A DNA stretch of 64,000 bases from Acidimicrobiia bacterium (lineage in GTDB: Bacteria; Actinomycetota; Acidimicrobiia; Spongiisociales; Spongiisociaceae): assembly GCA_041576165.1 (NCBI GenBank), contig JBFGLM010000005.1, forward strand, positions 32,001 through 96,000, given 5' to 3'. Below, one piece after another: positions 29,323-39,203 of this stretch. The position numbers and the translations under genes are program-made. The number at the start of each line of letters is the position of its first letter. The stretch's first letter is position 1. The notes under the pieces were generated by a model, which ran no database searches, had not been told where the DNA came from, and saw nothing but the letters and a program-made list of their open reading frames with translations.

Positions 29323-30078
29323 ATGACGACGTTGTCAACCAAGGAACCGCCGGCCACGACTACACAGCCGCAGCCGGCCACCTATCGCAAGCTGGCCATC
29401 ATGGTCGGCGGCTTCTTCATCATTGGCACCGTTGCTGGTGTCTTGAGCGTCGTGGTGGGGGACACAGTGCTCGGCGAAGCCAACGTGCTCGGCGCGGCGG
29501 CCGCAGACGAGACATCGCTCGTAGCCGGCGCGCTCCTGGTCTTAGCCATGGGGTTTCCGTTGGCGATGGTCCCGGTGTTGTTGTACCCGTTGTTCCGGCG
29601 CTACAACCAGATTCTGGCCATGGGTGCTGTCCTGTTCCGAGGAGTACTCGAAGCCGTTGCATATATGGCTCTTGCCGCGCTCATGCTCGTAACCGCCGCA
29701 GTCGGGCGGGAATACGCAGCAGCCGGCTCGCCGACCGATTCGCACTTCGACCTGTGGGGCGGGGTGCTCTTGGAGGCGATGGACTGGGTAGAGGTGCTTG
29801 TGGCGATGGTCTTCAGCCTCGGGGCGATGATGCTGGGCTGGTTGTTCTACCGTACGAGGATCATTCCCCGCTGGCTTGCGCTGTGGGGATTCTTCGGCGC
29901 CATCCTCTACTTCGTGGCGCCCCTGATCGTGATGTTCGACATCCAGAACCTCGAGCTGTCGTTGACCACGTCGATGGGCTGGCTGCTCGCTCCCTTGGCG
30001 ATCCAGGAGATGCTGTTCGCCGTGTGGCTCATCGTGAAGGGGTTTGAGAAGAAACCGGTTCAACAACTGATGCAGTGA
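29323..30078 (+). CDS. DUF4386-like multi-pass membrane protein
   Basis: AGGAGG RBS; multiple TM segments; C-terminal EMLFAVWLIVKGF. Confidence 0.85.
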   Translation: MTTLSTKEPPATTTQPQPATYRKLAIMVGGFFIIGTVAGVLSVVVGDTVLGEANVLGAAAADETSLVAGALLVLAMGFPLAMVPVLLYPLFRRYNQILAMGAVLFRGVLEAVAYMALAALMLVTAAVGREYAAAGSPTDSHFDLWGGVLLEAMDWVEVLVAMVFSLGAMMLGWLFYRTRIIPRWLALWGFFGAILYFVAPLIVMFDIQNLELSLTTSMGWLLAPLAIQEMLFAVWLIVKGFEKKPVQQLMQ

Positions 30079-30585
30079 TCCCGGCCGTTCCGGTGTCGCC
30101 GGCGAGGTCGTACCCGATACGGGTGACGTGGTGCTGGCATTCGGTGGACGTGATATTCGGCGTGGCGCACCCAGGTGTCCTCGCCGCTCGCTGCTGGGCT
30201 CGATGCATCGGCTGGACAAGAGGCGATTCGGACGACAGGACGCACATCGACACTGGCCCAAACCGAACCGAACTGGTCCTCGGTGCCGAGCCCAACATCC
30301 GGCCCGAACGGCAACCGCCCCAGATACCCACCTCCCAGAGCGAATGTCGAGCACCCGTCGCCGAGCCGAACCGAAAGCCTGACGTTTGACACGGTTGCAT
30401 GGGACTCGGTCGCGCGCGGTCGTCGGGCGACAGATGCGCGCGCATCGCCCCAGGTCAGAGCAACTTGCGAGCGGTCACGGGAAACGACGCCAATCACCCG
30501 CCGAGATGAGCTACATGGGGGTTGACTACTGCTCGGGTCCGGGGCTACACCGGGCATCCGGCCCCGGACCCGCCCATGAGTCAGA

Positions 30586-31290
30586 TCATCCCGTGTAGTG
30601 CACCTCAGACGAGAGCAGCCAGTCATCAACGCGGAACTTGCTCGTGGCGTCGATCCGATCGATACGCATCTGCACCTTGACCGTGTAGGTGCCGGGCCCG
30701 AGCGTCCCGGACACACGCTGCGTCGTGTGGGACTCCCACGGCTCCTGGCCGGCCGCAGCCGTCTCCGGGGAGTCAAACGCAACGTCGAGGTCGTTGGCCG
30801 GAGCGATCTCCTGGTTGTTGACCAGCACCCGGACCGAGCAATAGCCGAGGGTGTTCTCGCATACGCTTTCGCCGCCGAACGTCACGAAGATGAAACCCTC
30901 GCGGCCCGGCGGGATGACATGGGTGGTCGTCGCTCGATTGACGTCCACCCAATCGGCCGAATCGGTGAAGTCACCACTGATATCGGTCACGACCTGCATG
31001 TTCGAAGCCGGGATCACGCTCGGCTCGGTGTTGGGGTCATTCCCCGATAGGCGGTACATGAATGTGGCCATCTGCTCACGAAGTACCGCGTCACGCGGGC
31101 AGAACGTGGTTCCGTCACCACATCCGAGCGTCACGCCCGAGTCTTTCATGTACTCGATGCCGGGGCGGTGAACGCTGTTGTCCGAGACGTCTGTGAACAG
31201 CGATTGCGCTACTGCGGTTGCCGGGACAATCAGCGCCGCTGTTACGGCGATGATCAACGCGGCGCGTTTCGAGATCGTGATCTGTAACAC
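30586..31290 (-). CDS. Secreted S-layer homology (SLH) domain protein
   Basis: Signal peptide ending ATAVA; FTDVSDNSVH..GVTLGC..FCPRDAVLREQMATFMYRL; beta-rich C-terminal domain. Confidence 0.85.
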   Translation of the reverse strand: MLQITISKRAALIIAVTAALIVPATAVAQSLFTDVSDNSVHRPGIEYMKDSGVTLGCGDGTTFCPRDAVLREQMATFMYRLSGNDPNTEPSVIPASNMQVVTDISGDFTDSADWVDVNRATTTHVIPPGREGFIFVTFGGESVCENTLGYCSVRVLVNNQEIAPANDLDVAFDSPETAAAGQEPWESHTTQRVSGTLGPGTYTVKVQMRIDRIDATSKFRVDDWLLSSEVHYTG

Positions 31291-31425
31291 GATGTGGGCC
31301 CCTCCCATGGTTGGAATGCCGCCGACCCCCGGGCGGCTGGGGGCCTTTTTAACGGGGCTCGACAGAAATCGCAACGTATTATTCCAGACATTTCCTCGCA
31401 GGAGGGCCCGGTGCCGGTCGGTAAG

Positions 31426-31863
31426 TCAGGCGCTGAGCTTGCTGGCGAAGGCCTGCACCTGTCCAGCCAGCCCGCTGCGCACGGCCTGGGCGACGATGGG
31501 ATAGAACATCTGGGCGAGCAAACCCTTGGCGCGAAGCTCAACTGCGACGGTCACCAGTGTCCGGAGTTCCTCTGCCGGGTCCAGCAGCGTGGTGATCGCC
31601 CCGGCGATCTCGGGCGAGTCGATGCTCAAACGCATCCGCTCCGGCTCTACCGCCTCGACGGTGGTTGCGGTCCCGTTCACACTCGACGGGCCGGCCTTGA
31701 CCACGAACTCGTACCCCAGGAGTACCCCTTCCCGATCATGATGCGCATGGCTGATCTGATGGACTCCCGCAATCTCCTCCCACACCGATGGCCGTTGTAG
31801 CGCCCGCCAGGCATCCTCCCGAGTGGCGTCGGCCACCGCCTGATGGGAAAAGGAGTCGGGCAC
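31426..31863 (-). CDS. SRPBCC/CoxG-like protein
   Basis: ATREDAWRALQRPSVWEEIAGV N-terminus, 145 aa, C-terminal amphipathic helix. Confidence 0.7.
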   Translation of the reverse strand: MPDSFSHQAVADATREDAWRALQRPSVWEEIAGVHQISHAHHDREGVLLGYEFVVKAGPSSVNGTATTVEAVEPERMRLSIDSPEIAGAITTLLDPAEELRTLVTVAVELRAKGLLAQMFYPIVAQAVRSGLAGQVQAFASKLSA

Positions 31864-31926
31864 CCGGGCGAGGCTACGGTCCAGCGCGGGTCCGGCGCAA
31901 ATGAGCCCGTCCGGGTGGCACCGCCG

Positions 31927-32862
31927 TCAACTCGTCAGCATGGCGGCCAATGCCCCACCGATGATGGCGATCGCGAACACGTACGCGACGAAAACGGCCA
32001 GGACGCGGTGTTGGGCGAGTCGACCCAGGATCACGAACTCAGGAAGGTTGGCCCCGGCCCCAGCGATCGTCAGCGCCACAATCGCCCCGATCCCGACTCC
32101 GACCCCGGCCAGCGCATCGGCAATGGGCACGAACAGCTCGGTACTGAAGTACAGCGGAGTACCAAGGGCCGCGGCGAGCGGGATCGATGCCGGTCCGTTG
32201 TTCCCGGTCAGCCGGGCCACCGCTTCGGGTGGGACCAATGCCTCGATCGCAAGGCCGATCGCGACACCCAGCAGCAGCACCGGCCCCAGCGACCGCAGCA
32301 GCCCGGCGGCGGCAATCCACGCCGTCCGCGCCTCCTGATGGAGGCCCGCCCATGGTGCGTTGGCGTCCGAGTCCGCCGGATCGGCGCAGTCCACAGGGGA
32401 CGGCGGTCGATCGGCCGGAACCGACCCGGTGAAGGCTGCCGCAGGGGTCAGTGGTTTGAGGTAGCGGGCGATGCCCGCGCGCTCTGCGATCAGCGCCAGG
32501 CCGAGCGCTGCGGCGAAAGCCACCATCACGTATGCCCCAGCCGCACGCGCCCCGACGATGATCAGGAGTGCCCCGAACAACACTGGATCGAGGACCGGGG
32601 CAGCCACGATGAAGGCCACGTACCCGGCCGGCGTTACCCCGGCCCGTCGCAGCCCCACCAGCAGCGGTATCGCCGAATAGGTGCAGAAAGGCGTCACAAA
32701 GCCGACCGCGATCCCCTTCAGTGCTGCGCTGATCGGACGCCCGCCCATCCATTTCCGGAGCCGCGCCGGTCCCAGCCGCCGCTGGGCCAGGTGTATGAGA
32801 AAAGCAACGCCGAAGAACAACGCGACCAACTCGGCGAAGAGAATCAGTGAACGACCGATCAC
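31927..32862 (-). CDS. Permease (ArsP/DUF318-like)
   Basis: GFVTPFCTYSAIP, APVLDP, GTPLY, GAGANLPE; overlaps the ArsR stop. Confidence 0.88.
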   Translation of the reverse strand: MIGRSLILFAELVALFFGVAFLIHLAQRRLGPARLRKWMGGRPISAALKGIAVGFVTPFCTYSAIPLLVGLRRAGVTPAGYVAFIVAAPVLDPVLFGALLIIVGARAAGAYVMVAFAAALGLALIAERAGIARYLKPLTPAAAFTGSVPADRPPSPVDCADPADSDANAPWAGLHQEARTAWIAAAGLLRSLGPVLLLGVAIGLAIEALVPPEAVARLTGNNGPASIPLAAALGTPLYFSTELFVPIADALAGVGVGIGAIVALTIAGAGANLPEFVILGRLAQHRVLAVFVAYVFAIAIIGGALAAMLTS

Positions 32863-33188
32863 GCCTGCGACCTCGGCGCATCAAGCCGGCCCATCAGATC
32901 GGCGGCCGCATCCGGCAAAGCGGTCATGCAGGCCTCGTTGACCTCCACCAGCGTACGGTTGCCATCCGGTTGGACGAACACGAAGCCACCATCGGCCAGA
33001 ATCTGCAGGTGTCGCGACACCGTTGACTGGCTCTTGCCCACCGCGTCGACGATCTCGCCCACGGTCAGCGGTCGGGTGGTCGTCGCCACGAGATGCAGTA
33101 TCCGGTTTCGGGTGCCATCCGCCAGGCATCGGAACCAACGGGCGTACTCGTCAAACCGAGCAATGGGTTCGTTCTTGGCAGTATTCAT
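32859..33188 (-). CDS. ArsR/SmtB family transcriptional repressor
   Basis: FRCLADGTRNRIL, TVGEI, SQSTVSRHLQIL. Confidence 0.92.
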   Translation of the reverse strand: MNTAKNEPIARFDEYARWFRCLADGTRNRILHLVATTTRPLTVGEIVDAVGKSQSTVSRHLQILADGGFVFVQPDGNRTLVEVNEACMTALPDAAADLMGRLDAPRSQA

Positions 33189-33209
33189 CGTTAATCGACG
33201 ATAGACGAT
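33187..33209. promoter_or_regulatory. Putative ArsR operator (imperfect palindrome)
   Basis: ATCGT-ta-ATCG-a-CGAT-ag-ACGAT overlapping the ArsR start codon. Confidence 0.65.
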
Positions 33210-33286
33210 AAAGAGGCCGGGTGCAAGTGTCGGCCGGCTTCTGCCGCCGCGCCGGCGCACCCGGAAACCGTCCTACCCTTGGCGAC

Positions 33287-33829
33287 ATGCCCGATCCCAC
33301 TGAGTTCCTGCGGCTGGTGGTTGATCCGTACCGGTTGGCGATCCTCGGCGCGGCAGCGCTCGGTCCGGTCGACGTCGGGGCGGTGGCCCGCGCTCTGGAG
33401 ATTTCGCCCAAACAAGTGCTCACCCAGCTGGCCAAGCTGCAGAGAGCGGGTCTGATCGATCACGGCCGCCGCTTGAACCTGGTGCAGCTGCGCGAGATCG
33501 GACAACAGCTGCCGGCCGTGCAGGTAGCGGATCCGGACATGGTCGAAGGCCCCTGGTCGCATGATGAGGTTGGCGTGCTCCGGACGTTCTTTCGAGGGGA
33601 TCGGCTGGCGCATATCCCGACCAGCCGGAGCAAGCGTCTCGTGGTGTTGGAGCGGCTGGCCCAGGAGTTTCAGCCCGGCGTGCGATATGACGAGCGCCAC
33701 GTCAACCTCAAGCTGCAGTTGTTCCACCCGGATTACGCGGCGCTGCGGCGCTACATGGTCGACGAAGGCCTGCTCACTCGGGCCGAAGGGGTTTACTGGC
33801 GTACCGGCGGCCGTTACGAAGTCGATTGA
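33287..33829 (+). CDS. HTH + DUF2087 domain protein
   Basis: IPTSRSKRLVVLERLAQEFQPGVRYDE..DYAALRRYMVDEGLLTR. Confidence 0.88.
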   Translation: MPDPTEFLRLVVDPYRLAILGAAALGPVDVGAVARALEISPKQVLTQLAKLQRAGLIDHGRRLNLVQLREIGQQLPAVQVADPDMVEGPWSHDEVGVLRTFFRGDRLAHIPTSRSKRLVVLERLAQEFQPGVRYDERHVNLKLQLFHPDYAALRRYMVDEGLLTRAEGVYWRTGGRYEVD

Positions 33830-33844
33830 GCTCGGCGCAGGCGC

Positions 33845-34831
33845 TCACTCCCGTCTGGCGAGGACCAGCGCAAACCGACCGGCCGGGTCCGTGAACCAGC
33901 CGCGGGCCACCATCCCTGTGCCCGCCAACATTTCCACCACGCTCTGCTGGGTGAATTTGCAGCTGACTTCGGTGTGAATCATTTCGCCCGAGTCGATCTC
34001 AATCTCCATATTGAGGGCAACCACTCGAACAGTCACGGCCCGGCTGGCCCGCAGCCAGGCCTCCATACCGGCGAGCGTGGGATTCCAGCGGGGAACATGT
34101 TCGAAGACCTCGACTGGGAAATCCGCACCGAGCTCGCGGTTCACCACGTGCAGAATGTTCTTCGTGAATTCGGCCGTCACCCCCGTTGAGTCGTTGTAGG
34201 CGGCGACCATCGTGTCGACGTCCTTGACCAGATCGACTCCCAGCAGGAAGTGGTCGCCGGGTTGCAGAATCTGGCGCACCTGGCCCAGGAAGGCTCTTCG
34301 CTCCCGGGCCTGCAGGTTGCCGATTGTCGAACCGAGAAACATGGCGAGCCGCCGGCCCCGGCGGGGCACGGCAGGCAGGTCGCTGTGAAAGTCTCCGACG
34401 AGGCCCTCGATCTCGAGCCAGGTGTAGTCCACGCAGAGGTCTTTGGCCGCCGACAGCAGAGCGTCTTCGGAGATGTCCACGGGGACATAGCGAGTCCCGG
34501 CGCCGGTCCGACGCATCGCATCGATCAGCAGCCGGGTCTTGTCGGATGAGCCGGACCCGAGTTCCACCAGTTCGTGGGGACGGGCGAGCGCCATGATGTC
34601 GTCGGCGTGGACTTCGAGTATCTCGCGCTCCGCCCCGGTGAGGTAGTACTCGGGGAGTCGGGTAATGGCCTCGAACAGCTGCGACCCACGGGCGTCGTAG
34701 AAATACTTAGAGGGAATGGCTTTCGGAGTGCTCGTCAATCCCGACATGATGTCGGCGGCCATTTCCGTCCGGACGTCCTTTGGTTCGGTCAAATGGCGCA
34801 CCGTGACGGGGGCATCCCCAGTGGTCCTCAT
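33845..34831 (-). CDS. egtD: L-histidine N-alpha-methyltransferase EgtD
   Basis: PSKYFYDARGSQLFEAITRLPEYY, ELGSGSSDKT, FLGSTIGN, AYNDSTGVTAEF. Confidence 0.95.
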   Translation of the reverse strand: MRTTGDAPVTVRHLTEPKDVRTEMAADIMSGLTSTPKAIPSKYFYDARGSQLFEAITRLPEYYLTGAEREILEVHADDIMALARPHELVELGSGSSDKTRLLIDAMRRTGAGTRYVPVDISEDALLSAAKDLCVDYTWLEIEGLVGDFHSDLPAVPRRGRRLAMFLGSTIGNLQARERRAFLGQVRQILQPGDHFLLGVDLVKDVDTMVAAYNDSTGVTAEFTKNILHVVNRELGADFPVEVFEHVPRWNPTLAGMEAWLRASRAVTVRVVALNMEIEIDSGEMIHTEVSCKFTQQSVVEMLAGTGMVARGWFTDPAGRFALVLARRE

Positions 34832-35607
34832 TGTGCCCCCTCCATCGGGTGAACGGTTGTTGTGCCGGCCGTGAACTCGATGACATGACCTTCCGGCACT
34901 GGTACCCATCCGGACCGGTCGTCGTGCGGCTCCGAAGCCACCACGGTTGCTTGTCCGTCCGTGATGCAATACAGCGAGTTCGCGGGACCACCCACGCTGT
35001 GGCGGGCGGCGACGAACGTCGTCCCGTCGCCCACGACGAGATTGAGTGTTGCGGTCTCGCCGTGCTTTTCGAGCACGCTGCGCACGTCACTCAGTGTCGT
35101 CGCGACGGCGGTTCGGAGTGGCTCGCCGCCGCTGGCGTGCTGAGCAACGAGCAAGAACAAGACATTCGAGTCGGTGAACGCCTGCAGGCGAGCAAATAGT
35201 TCGGGTTCTAGGCGGGCCACGAGGTCCCGGCCGACGCCTCCACGAAATCCGTTGATGCGGCCGTTGTGGGCCCCGGCCAGCGCCCCCGCCACGAATGGCG
35301 CAACGCTGGCTGCACCAAAGGGAAGACCGCGCGTAGCGGACCGTACTGTCGCGAGCTGATGGGCGGACCGGATGCGAGGCGCCAGTGACACCAGGTTGGC
35401 GTCGCCCCACGGCGGCTGGGCGGTTGTGTAGCGGATCGGCTCAGAGTCGTTGCCGTCCCACCAGGCGACTCCGGTGCCGTCCACGTTCAGCGAGCCGTGC
35501 AAGAGCTCGCGTGGTGCGTAGGCCTGGTGTTCCAGGGAGTGGGGTCCGTCGAACAGCAGGGCGGACAGCGGAGCCGGTGGGCCGGCGTAGGCCGCGATTC
35601 GGCACAT
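34828..35607 (-). CDS. egtC: Gamma-glutamyl-hercynylcysteine sulfoxide hydrolase EgtC
   Basis: N-terminal nucleophile MCRIAAY, NVDGTGVAW, VRSAT, HNG, ASEP; lies between egtB and egtD. Confidence 0.9.
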   Translation of the reverse strand: MCRIAAYAGPPAPLSALLFDGPHSLEHQAYAPRELLHGSLNVDGTGVAWWDGNDSEPIRYTTAQPPWGDANLVSLAPRIRSAHQLATVRSATRGLPFGAASVAPFVAGALAGAHNGRINGFRGGVGRDLVARLEPELFARLQAFTDSNVLFLLVAQHASGGEPLRTAVATTLSDVRSVLEKHGETATLNLVVGDGTTFVAARHSVGGPANSLYCITDGQATVVASEPHDDRSGWVPVPEGHVIEFTAGTTTVHPMEGAQ

Positions 35608-36926
35608 CAGGCGTGGTCCCACACGAGCCGGATTCCGGAGAAGATCTGGCGGCGAATCGGCCAGTCCCAGTTGCGGAACGTCCCCCGGGCCACCGAGCGG
35701 GAGGTGGCCCACGACGCCCCGCGTAGCACCCGGTAATCCTCGCCGAAGAAGACCTCCGAGTACTCGGGGTAGGGGAACGTGACATAACCCGGGTACGGCC
35801 GGAAAAAGGAACGCGTCCATTCGTACGTGTCGCCAATCATCTGCTCCACGCCGAAGGCCGACCTGCCTGCTGGGAAGCTGCCGACCGCCGCCGGGCCCCA
35901 GTTGCGCTGGTCGAGGTTGGCCACCTCCGAATGCGGTTGGTGCTCCCCCCACGGATACGTGCGGGCCCGCCCGGCCGTTGGATCCCACAACGCGGCCTTC
36001 TCCCACTCGGCTTCGGTCGGAAGCCGCGCGCCGACCCAGGTGGCCAAGGCTTGTGCTTCGTGAAAGTTGACGTGCTGGACCGGCTCAGCCGGGTCGAGCG
36101 AACGTGTGTGGCCGAAGCGACGGACCAGCCAACCGCCGGCCAGGTCGGGCATCCAGCCTTGCGGCGAGGTTGCATCTTCTCCGGCCAGCCATTCCCAGCC
36201 GTGGTCGGTCCATAGCTCACGGTTTTGATATCCCCCAGCCTCGACGAACAAGGCGAAGCGCCGGGCCGTGACAGGGAACCGCTCCATCCAGTAGGTGTCG
36301 AGATGTACGTCGTGAACCGGCCGCTCATTGTCGTAGGCGGCGGTGAGGTCGTCCGTGCCCATGCGAAACGGCCCGGCCGGTATTTCGATCCGCTCCTCAT
36401 CGTCGACCGTCGCTCGACGTGCCGGAGTGATCGCCTCGGCGACCGGCCGGTAGGGTTCGAGGTCGGTCCGCAGGTCGAGGGCCTGGAGGATGGTCTCCTG
36501 ATGCTGCGCTTCGTGTTGGACGATCATGTCGAACACATACCCGTCCCGGAGCAGCGGGTCATCTGAGCGGAAGTCAGCCCGGTCGATGATTGCGAGCACG
36601 TCGCCCCGCACCTCGTTCAGGTACTCGGTGGCCTCCGTCTGGTCGAGGATGGGTAGATCGCCACGACACCACCGCGGGTTGTCGAAGGGGTTGTACAGCT
36701 CGTCGAGTTGCGGATCGTGGGGATCCCGCCCGTCGAGCTCTCGCAACAACCAGAGTTCTTCAAAGTTGGCGATATGGCCCATGTCCCAGACAACCGGGCT
36801 CATCAGCGCGTTGTGCTGGCTGTGGAGGTCTTCGTAGCTGAGCGGGTGCACCATTCGGAATGTGCGGTCGCGCAACATCGTCAACTCGCCCCGTAGCCGA
36901 TGGCGACGCGTGTCGGTGGTGGTCAC
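35607..36926 (-). CDS. egtB: Sulfoxide synthase EgtB
   Basis: MSPVVWDMGHIANFEELW, QHEAQHQETILQ, FGE-like domain RLPTEAEWEKAA. Confidence 0.95.
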   Translation of the reverse strand: MTTTDTRRHRLRGELTMLRDRTFRMVHPLSYEDLHSQHNALMSPVVWDMGHIANFEELWLLRELDGRDPHDPQLDELYNPFDNPRWCRGDLPILDQTEATEYLNEVRGDVLAIIDRADFRSDDPLLRDGYVFDMIVQHEAQHQETILQALDLRTDLEPYRPVAEAITPARRATVDDEERIEIPAGPFRMGTDDLTAAYDNERPVHDVHLDTYWMERFPVTARRFALFVEAGGYQNRELWTDHGWEWLAGEDATSPQGWMPDLAGGWLVRRFGHTRSLDPAEPVQHVNFHEAQALATWVGARLPTEAEWEKAALWDPTAGRARTYPWGEHQPHSEVANLDQRNWGPAAVGSFPAGRSAFGVEQMIGDTYEWTRSFFRPYPGYVTFPYPEYSEVFFGEDYRVLRGASWATSRSVARGTFRNWDWPIRRQIFSGIRLVWDHA

Positions 36927-38257
36927 AGTGTTCCTCTCTGCAAAAGGAGTTGGGTCTCGGAGCTGACCGTCCCAGATATCGGTTCGGCCCAGTGATCGAA
37001 CTGCTGGGCAGCAGGGAGCGTCGCCACGTCGGTCCCCGGGGAAGCAGCCCGTAGGGTGAACTGCTCCACAAAGGCTTCGGCTTCGCGCAGGTGATCGGTC
37101 CGCACTTTCGTCCGACACCGCTGCGCCCCATCGAGCGCCAGGCGCCACACCTGGAGGGCGGTGGAGAAGATTTCATGGTCGGCCAGCCCTCGACGGGCGG
37201 CCCGGATCCACAGCTCATGACAGCGCGGGCCGAACGGCTCTAGCACGGCCGAGATGGCCGCGAGGGTCGGTGGGTCGTAGAGCGCACCCACCAGCAACAC
37301 GACTGGGGCGGCCACCAGCCGCGCGGGTAGTGCATCGATTGCCCGGATTTCGAGCACACCCTGCCGCAGGCGCACCTCCGGGAACAGCGTGGTGAGGTGG
37401 TAGCGCAGGTCATCGGTTTCCGGTGGGGGATAGGAGCCCGGCGATGTGATCCAGTCGACCATCCGCACACCGGGAGGGAAGGGCCGGGAAGTGCCGTCAC
37501 GCCGCAGCATCATTACGTCGGCCGCCAAACACCAATCGATCAGGCCCTCGAGGCCGGGTCGGCCCAGATCGGGGAAGCCGGTCCGGGTGCGGTCGAGTGC
37601 CTGCCAGATCCGGGCGCGGCGCGAGGCCGCGGTGGGGGAGGAGGAGTTGCTGAAACTGGCAGTGAGAAAAGGGGAGAGGAGGTTGGCGGTTCGCCAGCGG
37701 GAGAGGAGATGCCGCCCGCCATCGAGGTTTATCTGAAGGGCGGCCGTGTTCCGCATCATGCCGGGGCCAGCATGGCCCTTGGATTGGAAGTAGTCGGCCA
37801 TGGCCTTGTAACGAGGCCCAGGCAGAAACTGAGGGATGTCGTCGGCGAAATGCCACGGGTCGGTGCCACATGCGACCACCTGGCGACCTAGCTGCGCGGC
37901 CGAGCGGGCCAGCGCCGTCCGAACGGTGCGCACGTCGTCGATCGCCTCGGACGCGGAGGGTTGAGGACGCGTAGCGTGCTCCAGCTGCGCTCCTGGTTCG
38001 AAGCTCATCTCCCCCATCGTTCCCAGATCGAGAATCGGATTGGCGTCCCGGTCGCTGGGGGTGGTTTGGCCCATGTGCGCAGCAATATGCACCGCACCGC
38101 CGGGTCCGAACAACCCCACGCGGTCTGCGCCGAACCCCGCCATTGCGAACACCTCAGCCTCGATTCCGACCAAGTCCGGACGAGTCGAGTCGCCTTCCAG
38201 CTCCTCGCGGATCAGCCGGCGAGCTGCCTCGATGGTGAGTTGTGTCTGGTGCTGCAT
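36923..38257 (-). CDS. egtA: Glutamate-cysteine ligase EgtA
   Basis: VGIEAE, SFEPGAQLE, MMRNTAALQINLD, HLTTLFPEVR..LEIRAID; first gene of the egt operon. Confidence 0.9.
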   Translation of the reverse strand: MQHQTQLTIEAARRLIREELEGDSTRPDLVGIEAEVFAMAGFGADRVGLFGPGGAVHIAAHMGQTTPSDRDANPILDLGTMGEMSFEPGAQLEHATRPQPSASEAIDDVRTVRTALARSAAQLGRQVVACGTDPWHFADDIPQFLPGPRYKAMADYFQSKGHAGPGMMRNTAALQINLDGGRHLLSRWRTANLLSPFLTASFSNSSSPTAASRRARIWQALDRTRTGFPDLGRPGLEGLIDWCLAADVMMLRRDGTSRPFPPGVRMVDWITSPGSYPPPETDDLRYHLTTLFPEVRLRQGVLEIRAIDALPARLVAAPVVLLVGALYDPPTLAAISAVLEPFGPRCHELWIRAARRGLADHEIFSTALQVWRLALDGAQRCRTKVRTDHLREAEAFVEQFTLRAASPGTDVATLPAAQQFDHWAEPISGTVSSETQLLLQRGTL

Positions 38258-38354
38258 CCCCGGTCAACGCCTCCAAGGGGACCAAACGTTCCAGATGTCC
38301 TAGCTATTCCGAGCATGATCTATCGTGCGTCGGGTGAAACGAGGGAGTTGACGA

Positions 38355-39203
38355 ATGCCGGGTCTCATGGCCTTTCATGCACATCCCGACGACGAGGTGA
38401 CATCGACGGGCGGCGTGCTCGCCAAATACGCCGACGCAGGCGAGCAGGTCGTGGTCGTGACCGGAACCGATGGAGCCGAGGGGGAGATCCACAACTACGA
38501 CAATCCCGACGAGCTCAGGCCTCACCTCACCGAACTTCGCCAGGAGGAAATCGCCAAGGCGCTCGCAATCCTGGGCGTCCACAATCACGAGTTCCTCGGC
38601 TACCGCGACTCGGGAATGATGGGCACAGATGCCAACGAGCATCCAGAGTGTTTCTGGCGGGCCGACTTCATGGAATCAACCGGCCGGCTGGTCCGGGCCG
38701 TGCGGAAGTATCAGCCGGACGTCATGATCATTTACGACCCGTTTGGTGGTTACGGCCACCCTGACCACATCCAGGTGCACCGGATCGGCTTGGCGGCGTA
38801 TTGGTCGGCACACGATGAATCCCGCTTTCCCCTGGAGACCGGCGAAGAGCCGTGGCAGCCCCAGAAGCTGTACTGGTCGGCCTGGCCGCGATCGCGGGTG
38901 CAGGCCTTCGCACAACGTCGTCTCGCAGAGGGCTCGATCACTCAGGATGAGTACGAGCGGATGCGCCGGGGCGGGATACCGGACGCAGAGCTGACGGCCA
39001 CAATCGACATCACGCCTTTCATCGATCGCAAGTTCGACGCCTGGCGGGCCCATCGGTCTCAAATCCCACTCGATTGGTGGATGTTTCAGGTGCCGGAGTC
39101 CGAGCGCGAAGCCGTGTTCGGCCGCGAGACCTTCCAGCGCGTGTTTTCCCGGGTGGAGGTGCCGTACCACGAGACAGACTTCTTCACCGGCCTGCGCAGC
39201 TGA
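38355..39203 (+). CDS. PIG-L family deacetylase (Mca/MshB-like)
   Basis: HAHPDDE, LGYRDSGM, GGYGHPDHI, AHRSQI. Confidence 0.9.
   Translation: MPGLMAFHAHPDDEVTSTGGVLAKYADAGEQVVVVTGTDGAEGEIHNYDNPDELRPHLTELRQEEIAKALAILGVHNHEFLGYRDSGMMGTDANEHPECFWRADFMESTGRLVRAVRKYQPDVMIIYDPFGGYGHPDHIQVHRIGLAAYWSAHDESRFPLETGEEPWQPQKLYWSAWPRSRVQAFAQRRLAEGSITQDEYERMRRGGIPDAELTATIDITPFIDRKFDAWRAHRSQIPLDWWMFQVPESEREAVFGRETFQRVFSRVEVPYHETDFFTGLRS

Noticed and set aside
30080-30585. Short ORFs between the DUF4386 and SLH genes
   Set aside because: No convincing RBS, motif or codon pattern
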